Positions 17,053 to 25,921 of a DNA stretch of 62,709 bases are shown here, in pieces; within the stretch, counting starts at the first letter, position 1; every line of letters begins with the position of its first letter. Source of the DNA: a virus (Duplodnaviria > Caudoviricetes); IMG/VR virus record IMGVR_UViG_3300007539_000019, positions 1 to 62,709 of that record; one strand, given 5' to 3'. The notes under the pieces are model-generated. The model was given only the letters and a program-made list of their open reading frames with translations, was not told the origin of the DNA and did not search any database. Made by a program: the position numbers and the translations under genes.

Positions 17053-18552
17053 TCAAGTAGTTTTATAAAAATTCACAAGCTGATCTTTAGTAATTAATTT
17101 ATTCTTATATGCATTTAAGCACATTCCTCTTAAAGAGCCTTTATTAATTCCTGTTTTTTCAATAGTATATTTTATACTTTTGCCTTGGTTGATTGAAACT
17201 ATTAAATCAGAATGTTGTTTTCTTGAGAATTTTGAAATTCTCTTTTTGTCACCAAGCTTGGGTAAAAGTTTTTTCCTTATCAATACTGATCTATATCCAC
17301 TAATAATTTTCAAGGGTATTTTTAATTTTCTCGAAATATTTTTTAAATTGTATTTATCTCCTTGAGATTTTAAAATATTTAAAATATTCTCTTTATCAGA
17401 ATCAGTTAATTGATATTTTTTTGGTCTTCGATAATCAAAAAGTTTTGATTTGAATACTCTTTTGAGTAATTTAAGTCTATCATTTCTCTGTTTAAAAGTT
17501 TCATGAAAAATGCCCTGCTTAAACATATGGTATTGTTTATGTATAATGGATTTTTCGCTCAAACACATTTTTTTTGCAATAGTTTTTGCATCATATATTT
17601 TTTTCCCACGACTACCTTTTTTAAATAAATTAATTAAAAGTTTTTCTTGAGCTTCATTAAAAGCATAAGTAGGTCTTTTTTTTGTCATTAAAAAATTTAA
17701 ACCTATTGACCTTGCTCTTTTGTAAATTAAAATTTCGCTGAATTTAGAATCAAAATATTTTTTATTTATTTCTTCTGCTGTATAAAACTTTGGAGAAGAT
17801 AATAAAATATTTTTTAATGAATGTAAATCTTTGTCAGAAAATTCTACCTTTGTTTCCTTAAAAAAATTATTTATTGCATCTTGCCCCTTAGAAATACAAT
17901 CAAAAGTTGCGTCTTTTAAAGATTTACTGCTCAAACCATCCTTAAAACTAGGATGGTTTTTTATTTTAGCCCTTATATCTTGTACTTTAAAATCTACCGC
18001 CTGTCTGCTTATATTATAAATGCTTGCTATTTCATAAATATCTTTACCTTCTAGAAGGTAATCCATTATTTCGCATTGGGATTTTGTTAGAAAAGATCTA
18101 AAAAAGTTTATACTATTTTTATGTCTATCGTGTTCATCATGCAAGTCTGTCTTGTCTTCTTCGCTATAATCTGATTGATTTAATGCAAAGTCAAAAGTTG
18201 TTAATGTTTCGCCCGAACCTTCATCGTACATAAAGCCATCCACAACCCCTTGTTTCTGCTTTGTATCGTTTTCTCTCCATGCGCTCCATTTTATAGCATT
18301 CCTGACATAAGCATAAGCTATTTTTTTAAAATTGTTTTCATTAAAATCATCTATTGATATAATATGTTCTTTCTTTTTGCTTATTAAAAGGTTTGCTTCT
18401 GAAGCTATTTCTTCAACAGAAAGAACGTGATTGCTTCTTCTATGCTTATATATAATCCTTAGCATATCTGTTTGATATGCTTCTAAATATTTATTAAAAA
18501 TATCTTCTTTAAATTTGGTATTGACTTTTTCCTGTTGGAGTTGGGTATTCAT
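17053..18552 (-). CDS. ECF sigma-factor-like protein with long C-terminal tandem HTH-like extension
   Basis: sigma2-like EEIASEANL..F....Y.YVRN; sigma4-like LT..Q.EI..LL.G....EIA....ISRQAV; paralog of 19549-20256. Confidence 0.7.
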   Translation of the reverse strand: MNTQLQQEKVNTKFKEDIFNKYLEAYQTDMLRIIYKHRRSNHVLSVEEIASEANLLISKKKEHIISIDDFNENNFKKIAYAYVRNAIKWSAWRENDTKQKQGVVDGFMYDEGSGETLTTFDFALNQSDYSEEDKTDLHDEHDRHKNSINFFRSFLTKSQCEIMDYLLEGKDIYEIASIYNISRQAVDFKVQDIRAKIKNHPSFKDGLSSKSLKDATFDCISKGQDAINNFFKETKVEFSDKDLHSLKNILLSSPKFYTAEEINKKYFDSKFSEILIYKRARSIGLNFLMTKKRPTYAFNEAQEKLLINLFKKGSRGKKIYDAKTIAKKMCLSEKSIIHKQYHMFKQGIFHETFKQRNDRLKLLKRVFKSKLFDYRRPKKYQLTDSDKENILNILKSQGDKYNLKNISRKLKIPLKIISGYRSVLIRKKLLPKLGDKKRISKFSRKQHSDLIVSINQGKSIKYTIEKTGINKGSLRGMCLNAYKNKLITKDQLVNFYKTT

Positions 18553-19552
18553 CTGTCCAGTTTATTTTGTACATTTTTTTCGTCTCTCTCATTATCTTAT
18601 GCATATGAGATATTGTTAAACCTAAATATTTTGCAGTATTAACCCTGCTATTATTATTTAATGGTAAAGCATTTTTTATCTTGGGTATCATTTTTTGGTA
18701 AAACTTTTCTTTTTGTAGTTTTCTAGTAAACCTAATTGACTCAGCTCTTTTCTTTATTTGCTCCTCTGTTATATGACTAAAAGGGATATACCCTTGGCTA
18801 ATTCTTTTTTGCATCGTTTTTTTTTGAATAGCAGATCTAACTTTTGTTGGCAAAATTGGAGGTTTTGGTTTTGGTGGGGGATAATTCTTATTCCACCAAT
18901 CTTTACCCTCAATTCTTTGCATCAACTTATAAAACTTATTTCTTGAAACATTCATTTCTTTACAAGCTTTTGTTCTTCTATTTCCATGTTTTTTAAGAGC
19001 TTCAATCATTATTTTTTTAATTCTAGACATCTCCGACTTATCCCAATCTATCCATTTATCTCCTGTCCATTTCTTGCCCTGCCTGTCTTCTATCGGCAAC
19101 ATTTTGCCTTTTCGGTTTTTTGTCACCCAATTATCTTCTCCTTTTTTGAAACCTATTGTAGAAATATGATCGTAATTTGTTTTATTAAATCGATTTGAAT
19201 AACCTTCTGGTCTAGGCACTTCTTTTTTAAATAAAAAATTATTTATATTAGGGTATGAAGCTAATTTAATCTGCTCCCAATTACTTAAAGAAAGCTTAAT
19301 ATTATCCGATCTCTTGTATTTGCCATGAAACATATAACCAATAATAGCTTTTACTTTTGTATTAGGATTATCTTCGATTATTTTTTTCTTTAAAATTTTT
19401 TTGGCTAAATCGTAAGACTTTGCTTTAATGAAGCTTTTGAAATCTTTTTCTGTTTTATCCTTATACATTTCTGTATAATGCATATTCCAATATTGATCAA
19501 CTGAAAACTTTTTTCTTCTAAACTTTTTTTGATTTGAAATTTTTTTTCTCAT
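18509..19552 (-). CDS. 'YPN..LFK'-domain protein with NUMOD-like motif and Fis-type HTHs
   Basis: N-terminal domain shared with 20259-20876 and 24219-24602; GFKKG..NW; AL....GNR.TKAC.EM.VSR..FY..M; second HTH RVNTAKYLGLT. Confidence 0.65.
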   Translation of the reverse strand: MRKKISNQKKFRRKKFSVDQYWNMHYTEMYKDKTEKDFKSFIKAKSYDLAKKILKKKIIEDNPNTKVKAIIGYMFHGKYKRSDNIKLSLSNWEQIKLASYPNINNFLFKKEVPRPEGYSNRFNKTNYDHISTIGFKKGEDNWVTKNRKGKMLPIEDRQGKKWTGDKWIDWDKSEMSRIKKIMIEALKKHGNRRTKACKEMNVSRNKFYKLMQRIEGKDWWNKNYPPPKPKPPILPTKVRSAIQKKTMQKRISQGYIPFSHITEEQIKKRAESIRFTRKLQKEKFYQKMIPKIKNALPLNNNSRVNTAKYLGLTISHMHKIMRETKKMYKINWTDEYPTPTGKSQYQI

Positions 19553-20256
19553 GATTTAATCTTGTATGAAAACAAATTCTTTAAACTCTCATTGCCTTTT
19601 GTGATATTTTTCCAAGCATCATCATCAAAAGGTTTATACTTTATTCTATTATCAATTTTAAGTTTTAGATTTTTAAAAGCTGCGGATACTGCTTGATGCG
19701 AGCATTTTCTGATTACAGAAATTTCGCGCTGGCTATAATCTTTCATTAATAAATCAATAAGTTCAATTTCAGCTTTTGTTAACCAACCGCTATATTCCAC
19801 TAGATGTTTTAAAAAAGATTTACTTTTTATATCTTCATCAAAACTATACTCCTCTTCTTCGCTCCAAAATTTACTAAATAATTCAAAACTTGTTATAGTG
19901 CCATCTTGAGTTTTATATTCAAGGTCATGTCTCTTATTGTAATATTTTCTATTTTTTTCCCTACAATGCATCCATGTTACCGCATTTTTTGCAAAAACAC
20001 ACATTAAATAATGAAAACTTTCTTTTGAAAATATTGTGTAATTGTCATTTCTGAATCGAATAACCTTCTCTCTATTTTTTAACATATGCAAGTTAAAGTT
20101 GCTCACAATTTCTTCGATGCTTAGTAAATGATTGGTTCTTCTTTTTCTCTGCAAGAGTTTTAAAATATCAAGTTGATAATCAGCCAAGTATTGATTGAAA
20201 TTTTCAATATCTTTTTTTGTTATTTTATAATTTAAATCTACATTCTCGCTTAACAT
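19549..20256 (-). CDS. ECF sigma-factor-like protein
   Basis: sigma2-like EEIVSNFNL..F....C.FAKN; sigma4-like LT..E.ELI.L....SQREIS......QAVS. Confidence 0.72.
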   Translation of the reverse strand: MLSENVDLNYKITKKDIENFNQYLADYQLDILKLLQRKRRTNHLLSIEEIVSNFNLHMLKNREKVIRFRNDNYTIFSKESFHYLMCVFAKNAVTWMHCREKNRKYYNKRHDLEYKTQDGTITSFELFSKFWSEEEEYSFDEDIKSKSFLKHLVEYSGWLTKAEIELIDLLMKDYSQREISVIRKCSHQAVSAAFKNLKLKIDNRIKYKPFDDDAWKNITKGNESLKNLFSYKIKS

Positions 20257-20258
20257 AA

Positions 20259-20876
20259 TTATGAAAGGTTTAGAGCTATTTTTTTATTTCTTTTTTCTAT
20301 GTCTTTTTTATTAAGTGTGTTTATTTTTAACTTAAATAAAAAATCATTTTCATTTGGGTAGCAACAATTTCTAATGTCTTCCCAATCTTTAATTGTTATT
20401 TTAGAAGACTTTTCCCTATCAAAGACAAAATTTTTATGAAACATAGATCCTCTTATATTTTTTATAGAAATTTTTGGATTGTCTTTTTTTACTTTATCTA
20501 ATAAAATATCGGAGGCTTTATCAAAAGATCTAGATTTTATGACAGATACAAACTCTTCTTCAAATCCTTTATTTAAGTAAAGTGTGTATTGAAAAAACCA
20601 ATATTGATCCCAAGAAAAAACTCTTCTTTTAAATTTAGTTTGAGTGTTTGTTTTTAATTTGATTTTTAAGAAACACTTCTTGCAACCTGTAGTTGCGGCA
20701 CAGGTTGAATCATTCCTTAAGTGATCTCTAGGTAAGATAGAAAACTCTCCATGAACATCGCAAATTAATGTTATCGGGACATCATTTGTATGGTAATTTA
20801 ATTTATCATAAGAGTATTTGTCTCCATGTATTCTTCTTGATTTTTCTATAAATTCTTCTTGAGTAAGTTTATTCAT
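20259..20876 (-). CDS. DUF723-type Zn-ribbon fused to 'YPN..LFK' domain
   Basis: KLT.EEFI......HGDKY.Y....Y......LIC..HGEF...P..HL...GC.KC (homing-endonuclease-associated) + shared C-terminal domain. Confidence 0.7.
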   Translation of the reverse strand: MNKLTQEEFIEKSRRIHGDKYSYDKLNYHTNDVPITLICDVHGEFSILPRDHLRNDSTCAATTGCKKCFLKIKLKTNTQTKFKRRVFSWDQYWFFQYTLYLNKGFEEEFVSVIKSRSFDKASDILLDKVKKDNPKISIKNIRGSMFHKNFVFDREKSSKITIKDWEDIRNCCYPNENDFLFKLKINTLNKKDIEKRNKKIALNLS

Positions 20877-21102
20877 TTAAATTATCGTCAACTTCCTTTC
20901 TAAATTTAGGGTTATTTTCATACTCTCCCAAAGATCTGCCTATTTTAAAGGCATATTTGTCTATAAAGAAAATTAAACCACAAATAACCCAAGTTCTAAA
21001 GTCATCTAATCCCAAGCTCGTAAATAACAATATATAGATAATTAAATAAGGCGCAAACTTATTTAAGCAATATTCTAATGCATATTGATCTACAAACTTC
21101 AT
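20869..21102 (-). CDS. small two-TM membrane protein
   Basis: ORF track; hydrophobic segments. Confidence 0.6.
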   Translation of the reverse strand: MKFVDQYALEYCLNKFAPYLIIYILLFTSLGLDDFRTWVICGLIFFIDKYAFKIGRSLGEYENNPKFRKEVDDNLNE

Positions 21103-21512
21103 TTTAAAACACTTTTAGTATTTATTATATTTTCAGGAAGTTGAGGTTTTAGAGCTTTTCCTCTGATTACAGGGACTTCTTCCGATTCGTCTCTAAAATT
21201 AAATTGTTTTATAGCTGCGTGGTAACCATCTTTATATGACAAGAATCCTTCTTTATCGTTGGCAAATGTTACCAATGCTGAAGACTTCCCCTCTTCAAAG
21301 CCTTGTGAGTATCTAGATTGCAAAGCACTCTCTCTAGACATAACCATGTCATTGATTAAATCTGTTTGTAAATTAGAAGATATTTTCCAATTTTTTTCAA
21401 GCATTTCATAATCAGATAACATTGAGGAAGATCTTTCTGTAAAATAAAGTAAAAAAACTACCACCAATGCCCAAACAATTCTTTCTGTATTCATATTCAT
21501 ATTCATATTCAT
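21099..21512 (-). CDS. membrane-anchored hypothetical protein
   Basis: N-terminal TM; start within an ATGAAT repeat. Confidence 0.6.
   Translation of the reverse strand: MNMNMNMNTERIVWALVVVFLLYFTERSSSMLSDYEMLEKNWKISSNLQTDLINDMVMSRESALQSRYSQGFEEGKSSALVTFANDKEGFLSYKDGYHAAIKQFNFRDESEEVPVIRGKALKPQLPENIINTKSVLK
21489..21512 (-). repeat. (ATGAAT)x4 microsatellite at gene start
   Basis: encodes MNMNMNMN. Confidence 0.8.
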
Positions 21513-21515
21513 ATT

Positions 21516-21854
21516 TTATCCTTCCTTTGTTTTGTAAACGATATTGTTAAAAAGTATTAATTTGACTTCTTTAGCGGGTATACCTCCCCCCAAAAGACAT
21601 TCATATTCTTGGTTAGCGCCGTATCTCCATTTCTCGGCATCCTTTGATTGATCGTTTGATTTTACATCATCTGCATATTGAAGATAATTAAAATCATACA
21701 TAGGCACATCTATACCTATAGGTTCTCCTTCGGGTACAGCCTCATCAGTATCTTTGTAGTAAAATTCTTCACTATCATCTGCATAAACAATGTCAGCAGT
21801 AGAGAGAGAAGCGAAACGTTCTTCTAGATCTAAGAATAATTTTAATTTTTGCAT
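21516..21854 (-). CDS. hypothetical acidic protein
   Basis: ORF track. Confidence 0.65.
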   Translation of the reverse strand: MQKLKLFLDLEERFASLSTADIVYADDSEEFYYKDTDEAVPEGEPIGIDVPMYDFNYLQYADDVKSNDQSKDAEKWRYGANQEYECLLGGGIPAKEVKLILFNNIVYKTKEG

Positions 21855-21859
21855 AATTT

Positions 21860-22105
21860 TTATTTATTAAAAAGTTCCATTTGTTTTTGTTCTTCATATT
21901 CTAGCACATCATCATCAAAATTGTCAAGACATTTTTTATCTCTAAACCAATTTCTTTGAAAAATTCTAAGAGCAAACCGAACAAATGCGAAAGCATATCT
22001 GAAATTAAGTATAGCTTGATTACCTTCTTTATCCACGATGGTGAATTCTTTATCTAGTTCCCTGTACTCAAAGGTTGCATTTTTTAATTCTTTAACTATC
22101 TTCAT
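21860..22105 (-). CDS. hypothetical protein
   Basis: ORF track. Confidence 0.6.
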   Translation of the reverse strand: MKIVKELKNATFEYRELDKEFTIVDKEGNQAILNFRYAFAFVRFALRIFQRNWFRDKKCLDNFDDDVLEYEEQKQMELFNK

Positions 22106-23159
22106 TAAATAATCCTTTCATAATTTCTAAACACATTGTAGGTGGAAAGCACTCTCCTAAAACTTTTCTTATCAAACCTTCTTGGTATTTACCTTTTAGT
22201 TCGTCAAAAAAATCTTCGGGCAATCCACAAAGAATGCCCAACTCCATTACGGATAAAACTCTAGCATCCGAATAAGTTCCATCTTTTTTTAGATTACCTG
22301 GATGAACATTATTTTGGCTTGATATAGCCCCATTGCACATTGTAACTGTTGGAGCAGGTTTATCCCAATCCATTCTTTTGTATGTAGTAGCAAATCCATT
22401 AATAAGCCTTCCATCTTTCATCGGCTTCCATACTAGATTCTGAAAAGCTGATTTACCTGTTGGAGTATGTTTCATCCATTTAATATGAAGATTATTATGT
22501 TTTTTTGCATAATGCCAAGGAAATTTACTAGATTCAGCAGATTCAAGGGAGGGTAAATGACCTATAGCATCTTTTACTGTAATTAATTTATTTTTAAATT
22601 TAGGGTGTTCCCATTTCCCGCCTTTAGAAATTAAGCCTATAAATCTTTTTCTTGATTGAGGCGTATTGTAATCTTGAGCATTTAAAACTTTATATTTAAT
22701 ATCATAATCATCTGGCAATTCAGATTTTATGTAATCAATCATATTTATGACTTCGCCATCAACATTTATATAGGTTTCCGCCATAGCAGGAACATTTTCA
22801 ATTAACATATAGTTAGGAAGTAAGGAATTAAAAACTTCCATAGCATGGACTATTAGTTTATTCCTATTATCTTTTGGATGTCTTTTTGCATTAGCCACAC
22901 TCATTCCTTGGCATGGCGGAGTTGCTATTATAAGATCTATTCCTTCTCCAAATATTGCATCAGGGCATGCATCATATATCTGAGCTTTTACATCATCTTT
23001 AGTTATATCTCCACAGATTACATTTGTGTTTGGATGAAACTCTTTATATAGATTACATCTTCTAGTTTCCCATTCATTTGCCACAACGATGTCTATACCT
23101 AATTGGTTTAGGTAAACCTCGCCAAAACCTACATTTGAAAATAAAGATAGAGCTTTCAT
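22092..23159 (-). CDS. dcm: C5 DNA cytosine methyltransferase
   Basis: SLFS.VG, GDIT, catalytic PPCQ, ENV, Q.R.R, R.LS..E, GEC.PP. Confidence 0.93.
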   Translation of the reverse strand: MKALSLFSNVGFGEVYLNQLGIDIVVANEWETRRCNLYKEFHPNTNVICGDITKDDVKAQIYDACPDAIFGEGIDLIIATPPCQGMSVANAKRHPKDNRNKLIVHAMEVFNSLLPNYMLIENVPAMAETYINVDGEVINMIDYIKSELPDDYDIKYKVLNAQDYNTPQSRKRFIGLISKGGKWEHPKFKNKLITVKDAIGHLPSLESAESSKFPWHYAKKHNNLHIKWMKHTPTGKSAFQNLVWKPMKDGRLINGFATTYKRMDWDKPAPTVTMCNGAISSQNNVHPGNLKKDGTYSDARVLSVMELGILCGLPEDFFDELKGKYQEGLIRKVLGECFPPTMCLEIMKGLFNEDS

Positions 23160-23198
23160 TTAGAACTTGGAGTTAATTAAGTATTCGAACATGAAATA

Positions 23199-23227
23199 AT
23201 TTTATCAAAAAATTTTTTTTTTGTCAA
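23199..23227 (-). promoter_or_regulatory. sigma70-type promoter driving a 10-codon leaderless uORF then the MTase
   Basis: TTGACA-N17-TAAAAT-N6-ATG(23192). Confidence 0.65.
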
Positions 23228-23232
23228 GTGTG

Positions 23233-23646
23233 TTATAACCAATGAGCATCTAGCTCTAGAAATGTGTCGCAATTTAAAGTCCAAATATTAAATTTGTACA
23301 TATCACTATCTTTAATTGCAAATGTATTCTGTATCATATAAAATCCATTTATTGCAAAATCTTCGACATAAAAAATAGTGCATTCACATTTTATATAATC
23401 ATCTTCTTCATTTAAAATTTTAATTAATGGAATGCTTTGGTTAATCTTTTCAACTAAATTTTTATAAATAAATTTTTTTATAGGGTTTTGGGAATCAAAT
23501 TTCATTACATCAAAAAAATCGTTTTTATATGCAGTTCCCTTGGTTACATGGTTTTCGCAATAATTTTTATTAAAAGACTCTAGTAGACTCTCAAAAATAT
23601 CATTACAATTTCTAAATATATGAATTTTAGCTGGATTTATTTGCAT
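23233..23646 (-). CDS. hypothetical protein
   Basis: ORF track. Confidence 0.6.
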   Translation of the reverse strand: MQINPAKIHIFRNCNDIFESLLESFNKNYCENHVTKGTAYKNDFFDVMKFDSQNPIKKFIYKNLVEKINQSIPLIKILNEEDDYIKCECTIFYVEDFAINGFYMIQNTFAIKDSDMYKFNIWTLNCDTFLELDAHWL

Positions 23647-24211
23647 CTCTCCATTTTAAAATATCCTCACAAAGTTCATAAAGATCTTCTATACTTAAGT
23701 CGTTCTTTGCATAATTAGCTTGTCTAGTGCATATACCAAGGTTATCAAGATCATTGGTTCCGCCTTTTGATGCAGGAATTATATGGTCAAAATGATAGGT
23801 TTCTGGTTTGTTTATGTCAATTTCTTTTCCAGTAAGATAGCATTTTGGTGAAGGTCCCAATTTCCGTACAACATCTTTTACTGAAAAATTTTTAGAAATA
23901 TTATTAACAAATGCGTGTGTTCTATTTTCCCTTCTTCTTTTTTTGAAAGTTTTTATTTTTGTTCTAAAAATTCTATAATTATCTCTTGAGCATCTAGATT
24001 TAAACGCATTTATTTTTTTTGCTAATTTATGTTCGGTTGATTTATTTCTTTTTACAACCCTTTTCTTTTCTGTCCTGTTTTCTCCACAATGATATGAAAT
24101 TACAGATTTGGAAACACCTAGTTCATCTTGTATTTCGTTATAAGTTTTTCCTTCTTTTCGTAATCTTAATATATCTTCTTTTCGCCGAATATTATTAAAT
24201 TTCCTTTTCAT
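23627..24211 (-). CDS. HNH endonuclease with N-terminal HTH
   Basis: GKTY.EI...LGVSKS.IS HTH; CYLTG, DHIIP.SKGG.N..DNL.....AN.AK. Confidence 0.88.
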   Translation of the reverse strand: MKRKFNNIRRKEDILRLRKEGKTYNEIQDELGVSKSVISYHCGENRTEKKRVVKRNKSTEHKLAKKINAFKSRCSRDNYRIFRTKIKTFKKRRRENRTHAFVNNISKNFSVKDVVRKLGPSPKCYLTGKEIDINKPETYHFDHIIPASKGGTNDLDNLGICTRQANYAKNDLSIEDLYELCEDILKWRDANKSS

Positions 24212-24218
24212 TAAAAAA

Positions 24219-24602
24219 TTATATTTTAAGCTTTAAATCTTTATTCCATGGAATAAACCCCTTTTTAAAAGTGCCATTTTCATTCCTGTTTTTGCTTGAA
24301 TTTTTAAACCAAGCATCTTTTTTAAATTTAAAAAGTTTATGTTTTGTATTTGGGTAGGAGACATCCATCAAAATATTTATTTGTTTATCAGAAAGCCTTC
24401 TTCCTTTATAATTTTCAGAATTAATTTTAAAACATCTTACATTAGAGATTTCATACAATATAAAATCTCTTTTAATCTTTTTTCTTAAAATTGACTTACA
24501 ATCATCAGCAGAGTCAGCTCTTATAATTGATTTATATTCTATTTTATTTCTGACAAAAAGAGTAAAGTAAACAATATATAAATTTAAATTTTCTCTATTC
24601 AT
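24219..24602 (-). CDS. stand-alone 'YPN..LFK'-domain protein with NUMOD-like tail
   Basis: KSIIRADS.D....IL.KK...SYPN....LFK; C-terminal GTFKKG.IPWNK; probable start 24602. Confidence 0.65.
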   Translation of the reverse strand: MNRENLNLYIVYFTLFVRNKIEYKSIIRADSADDCKSILRKKIKRDFILYEISNVRCFKINSENYKGRRLSDKQINILMDVSYPNTKHKLFKFKKDAWFKNSSKNRNENGTFKKGFIPWNKDLKLKI

Positions 24603-24638
24603 TAACTTATAGTAAAACGAAAACAAAAAAAAGCAAAA

Positions 24639-24664
24639 AAAAACTCCCCTTTCGGGGAGTTTTT
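24639..24664. terminator. bidirectional rho-independent terminator
   Basis: AAAAACTCCCC-TTTC-GGGGAGTTTTT hairpin with A/T tracts on both sides. Confidence 0.88.
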
Positions 24665-24721
24665 ACCAACGAGATAGATGTAACTCGCGCTATGGATTTT
24701 TAGCTTTTAGCAGTAGAAAAA

Positions 24722-24976
24722 CTACTTCTTTGAGCTTGAGCAACTTCCGCCTTGATTGCTGAGTAGTGATACAATCAAAACAAGAGTAATAACTCCAGCA
24801 AGGCTTGCTCCTGGACCAACGAATCCATTAACAATACCTTGAAGATTTCCAATAACATCAATACCTGCATTTTCACCAAAAACAACTTGGGAAAGTACAA
24901 GCAATCCGATAACGGAAAGGAGTACGGCGCTAATGCCACAAACGGCACACTTTACTTTATTAACTACATCTGTCAT
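24722..24976 (-). CDS. small two-TM membrane protein
   Basis: L.VL.QVVFG.....DVI.N...IV..F....LAG.I.L pattern; probable start 24976. Confidence 0.7.
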   Translation of the reverse strand: MTDVVNKVKCAVCGISAVLLSVIGLLVLSQVVFGENAGIDVIGNLQGIVNGFVGPGASLAGVITLVLIVSLLSNQGGSCSSSKK

Positions 24977-24995
24977 AATATTATTTATTGTAGGG

Positions 24996-25643
24996 TTAGA
25001 ATGAAACACTCAAAGAAACACCGAAAATTGACTCATTATCAATAAGGTCGGAGTCTACATAATCATAAGACAATGCTAGATCGGCATTCTCGGAGATAGA
25101 TTTAGAAGCTTTTGCTCCTGCAATCCAATAGTCAGCATCGGTGGCTTTGGTTACATCTGTATTTCCATACAAAGCATGAACACAAAGTTCTGCAACATCT
25201 AAATCAAATTGATGATTTACACCAAGTTCAAATGTATACAAATCATCATCTGTGTCTCTAAAAATTGAAACAGAAGGATTTAGAATTGTAGAAATTCCAA
25301 AACCAAGCTCAACATCTAGGTTTGAATTACCATCAACTAATTCAAAGTGTTGAAGACCTAAATAAAGATCAACAAGCTCTCCTAGTTGCTTGGAAACTCC
25401 TGTAGAGATGATATAAGCATCAGCTCCACCTTCGACAGATTGATTTGTGGATGCTTCGAGAGAAGCTTTGAATCCAGACAAATCTGCACCATAGTTTACT
25501 CCAGCTTGAACTGATTCTTCTGCTACTAATGCTCCTCGATAGAAATAATCCGAAGCATAACCAGCGGATACAGAACCTGTTCCAGCAGTTGCGGCGTTAG
25601 AAAAAAGGCAAAGAATTGCCGTGATACCTAATTTAGTATTCAT
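24996..25643 (-). CDS. outer-membrane beta-barrel protein (TorF-like putative porin)
   Basis: signal peptide ..SNAATA; Y.SDY.YRG N-terminal motif; amphipathic strands; C-terminal Phe (GVSLSVSF). Confidence 0.75.
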   Translation of the reverse strand: MNTKLGITAILCLFSNAATAGTGSVSAGYASDYFYRGALVAEESVQAGVNYGADLSGFKASLEASTNQSVEGGADAYIISTGVSKQLGELVDLYLGLQHFELVDGNSNLDVELGFGISTILNPSVSIFRDTDDDLYTFELGVNHQFDLDVAELCVHALYGNTDVTKATDADYWIAGAKASKSISENADLALSYDYVDSDLIDNESIFGVSLSVSF

Positions 25644-25687
25644 ATATTTATTGTGATTAATAAAAAAATTAAAGTAATAACTAAAAA

Positions 25688-25912
25688 TTACTCTTCTGAA
25701 AAGAAGTCTTCTCCGACTTCAAACTCAATGTCTTCTCCTAAAAGGTCTTGCATCTTATCTTCTATTATATCTATAACTTTTAATAATTCAACCTTTTTTT
25801 CGTAGAGAGCACCAATTTGCGTGAAAGTATTGATATCAAACTCTTCTGTAAAAATACGAGTGATGTCATCAAGCTTAAATCTAAATGCATCTGTTTGTTC
25901 GTTAAAATCCAT
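25688..25912 (-). CDS. small acidic hypothetical protein
   Basis: ORF; GTGTA motif 15 nt upstream (25927). Confidence 0.65.
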   Translation of the reverse strand: MDFNEQTDAFRFKLDDITRIFTEEFDINTFTQIGALYEKKVELLKVIDIIEDKMQDLLGEDIEFEVGEDFFSEE

Positions 25913-25921
25913 TATGTTTAA

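Noticed and set aside
21489-21512. (ATGAAT)x4 as a phase-variation switch
   Set aside because: Unit length is a multiple of three at the very start of the gene, so slippage would not shift the frame
22092-24211. Methyltransferase + HNH as a type II restriction-modification pair
   Set aside because: Separated by another gene and a promoter; the HTH-HNH looks like a free-standing phage endonuclease, so an orphan protective MTase is more likely
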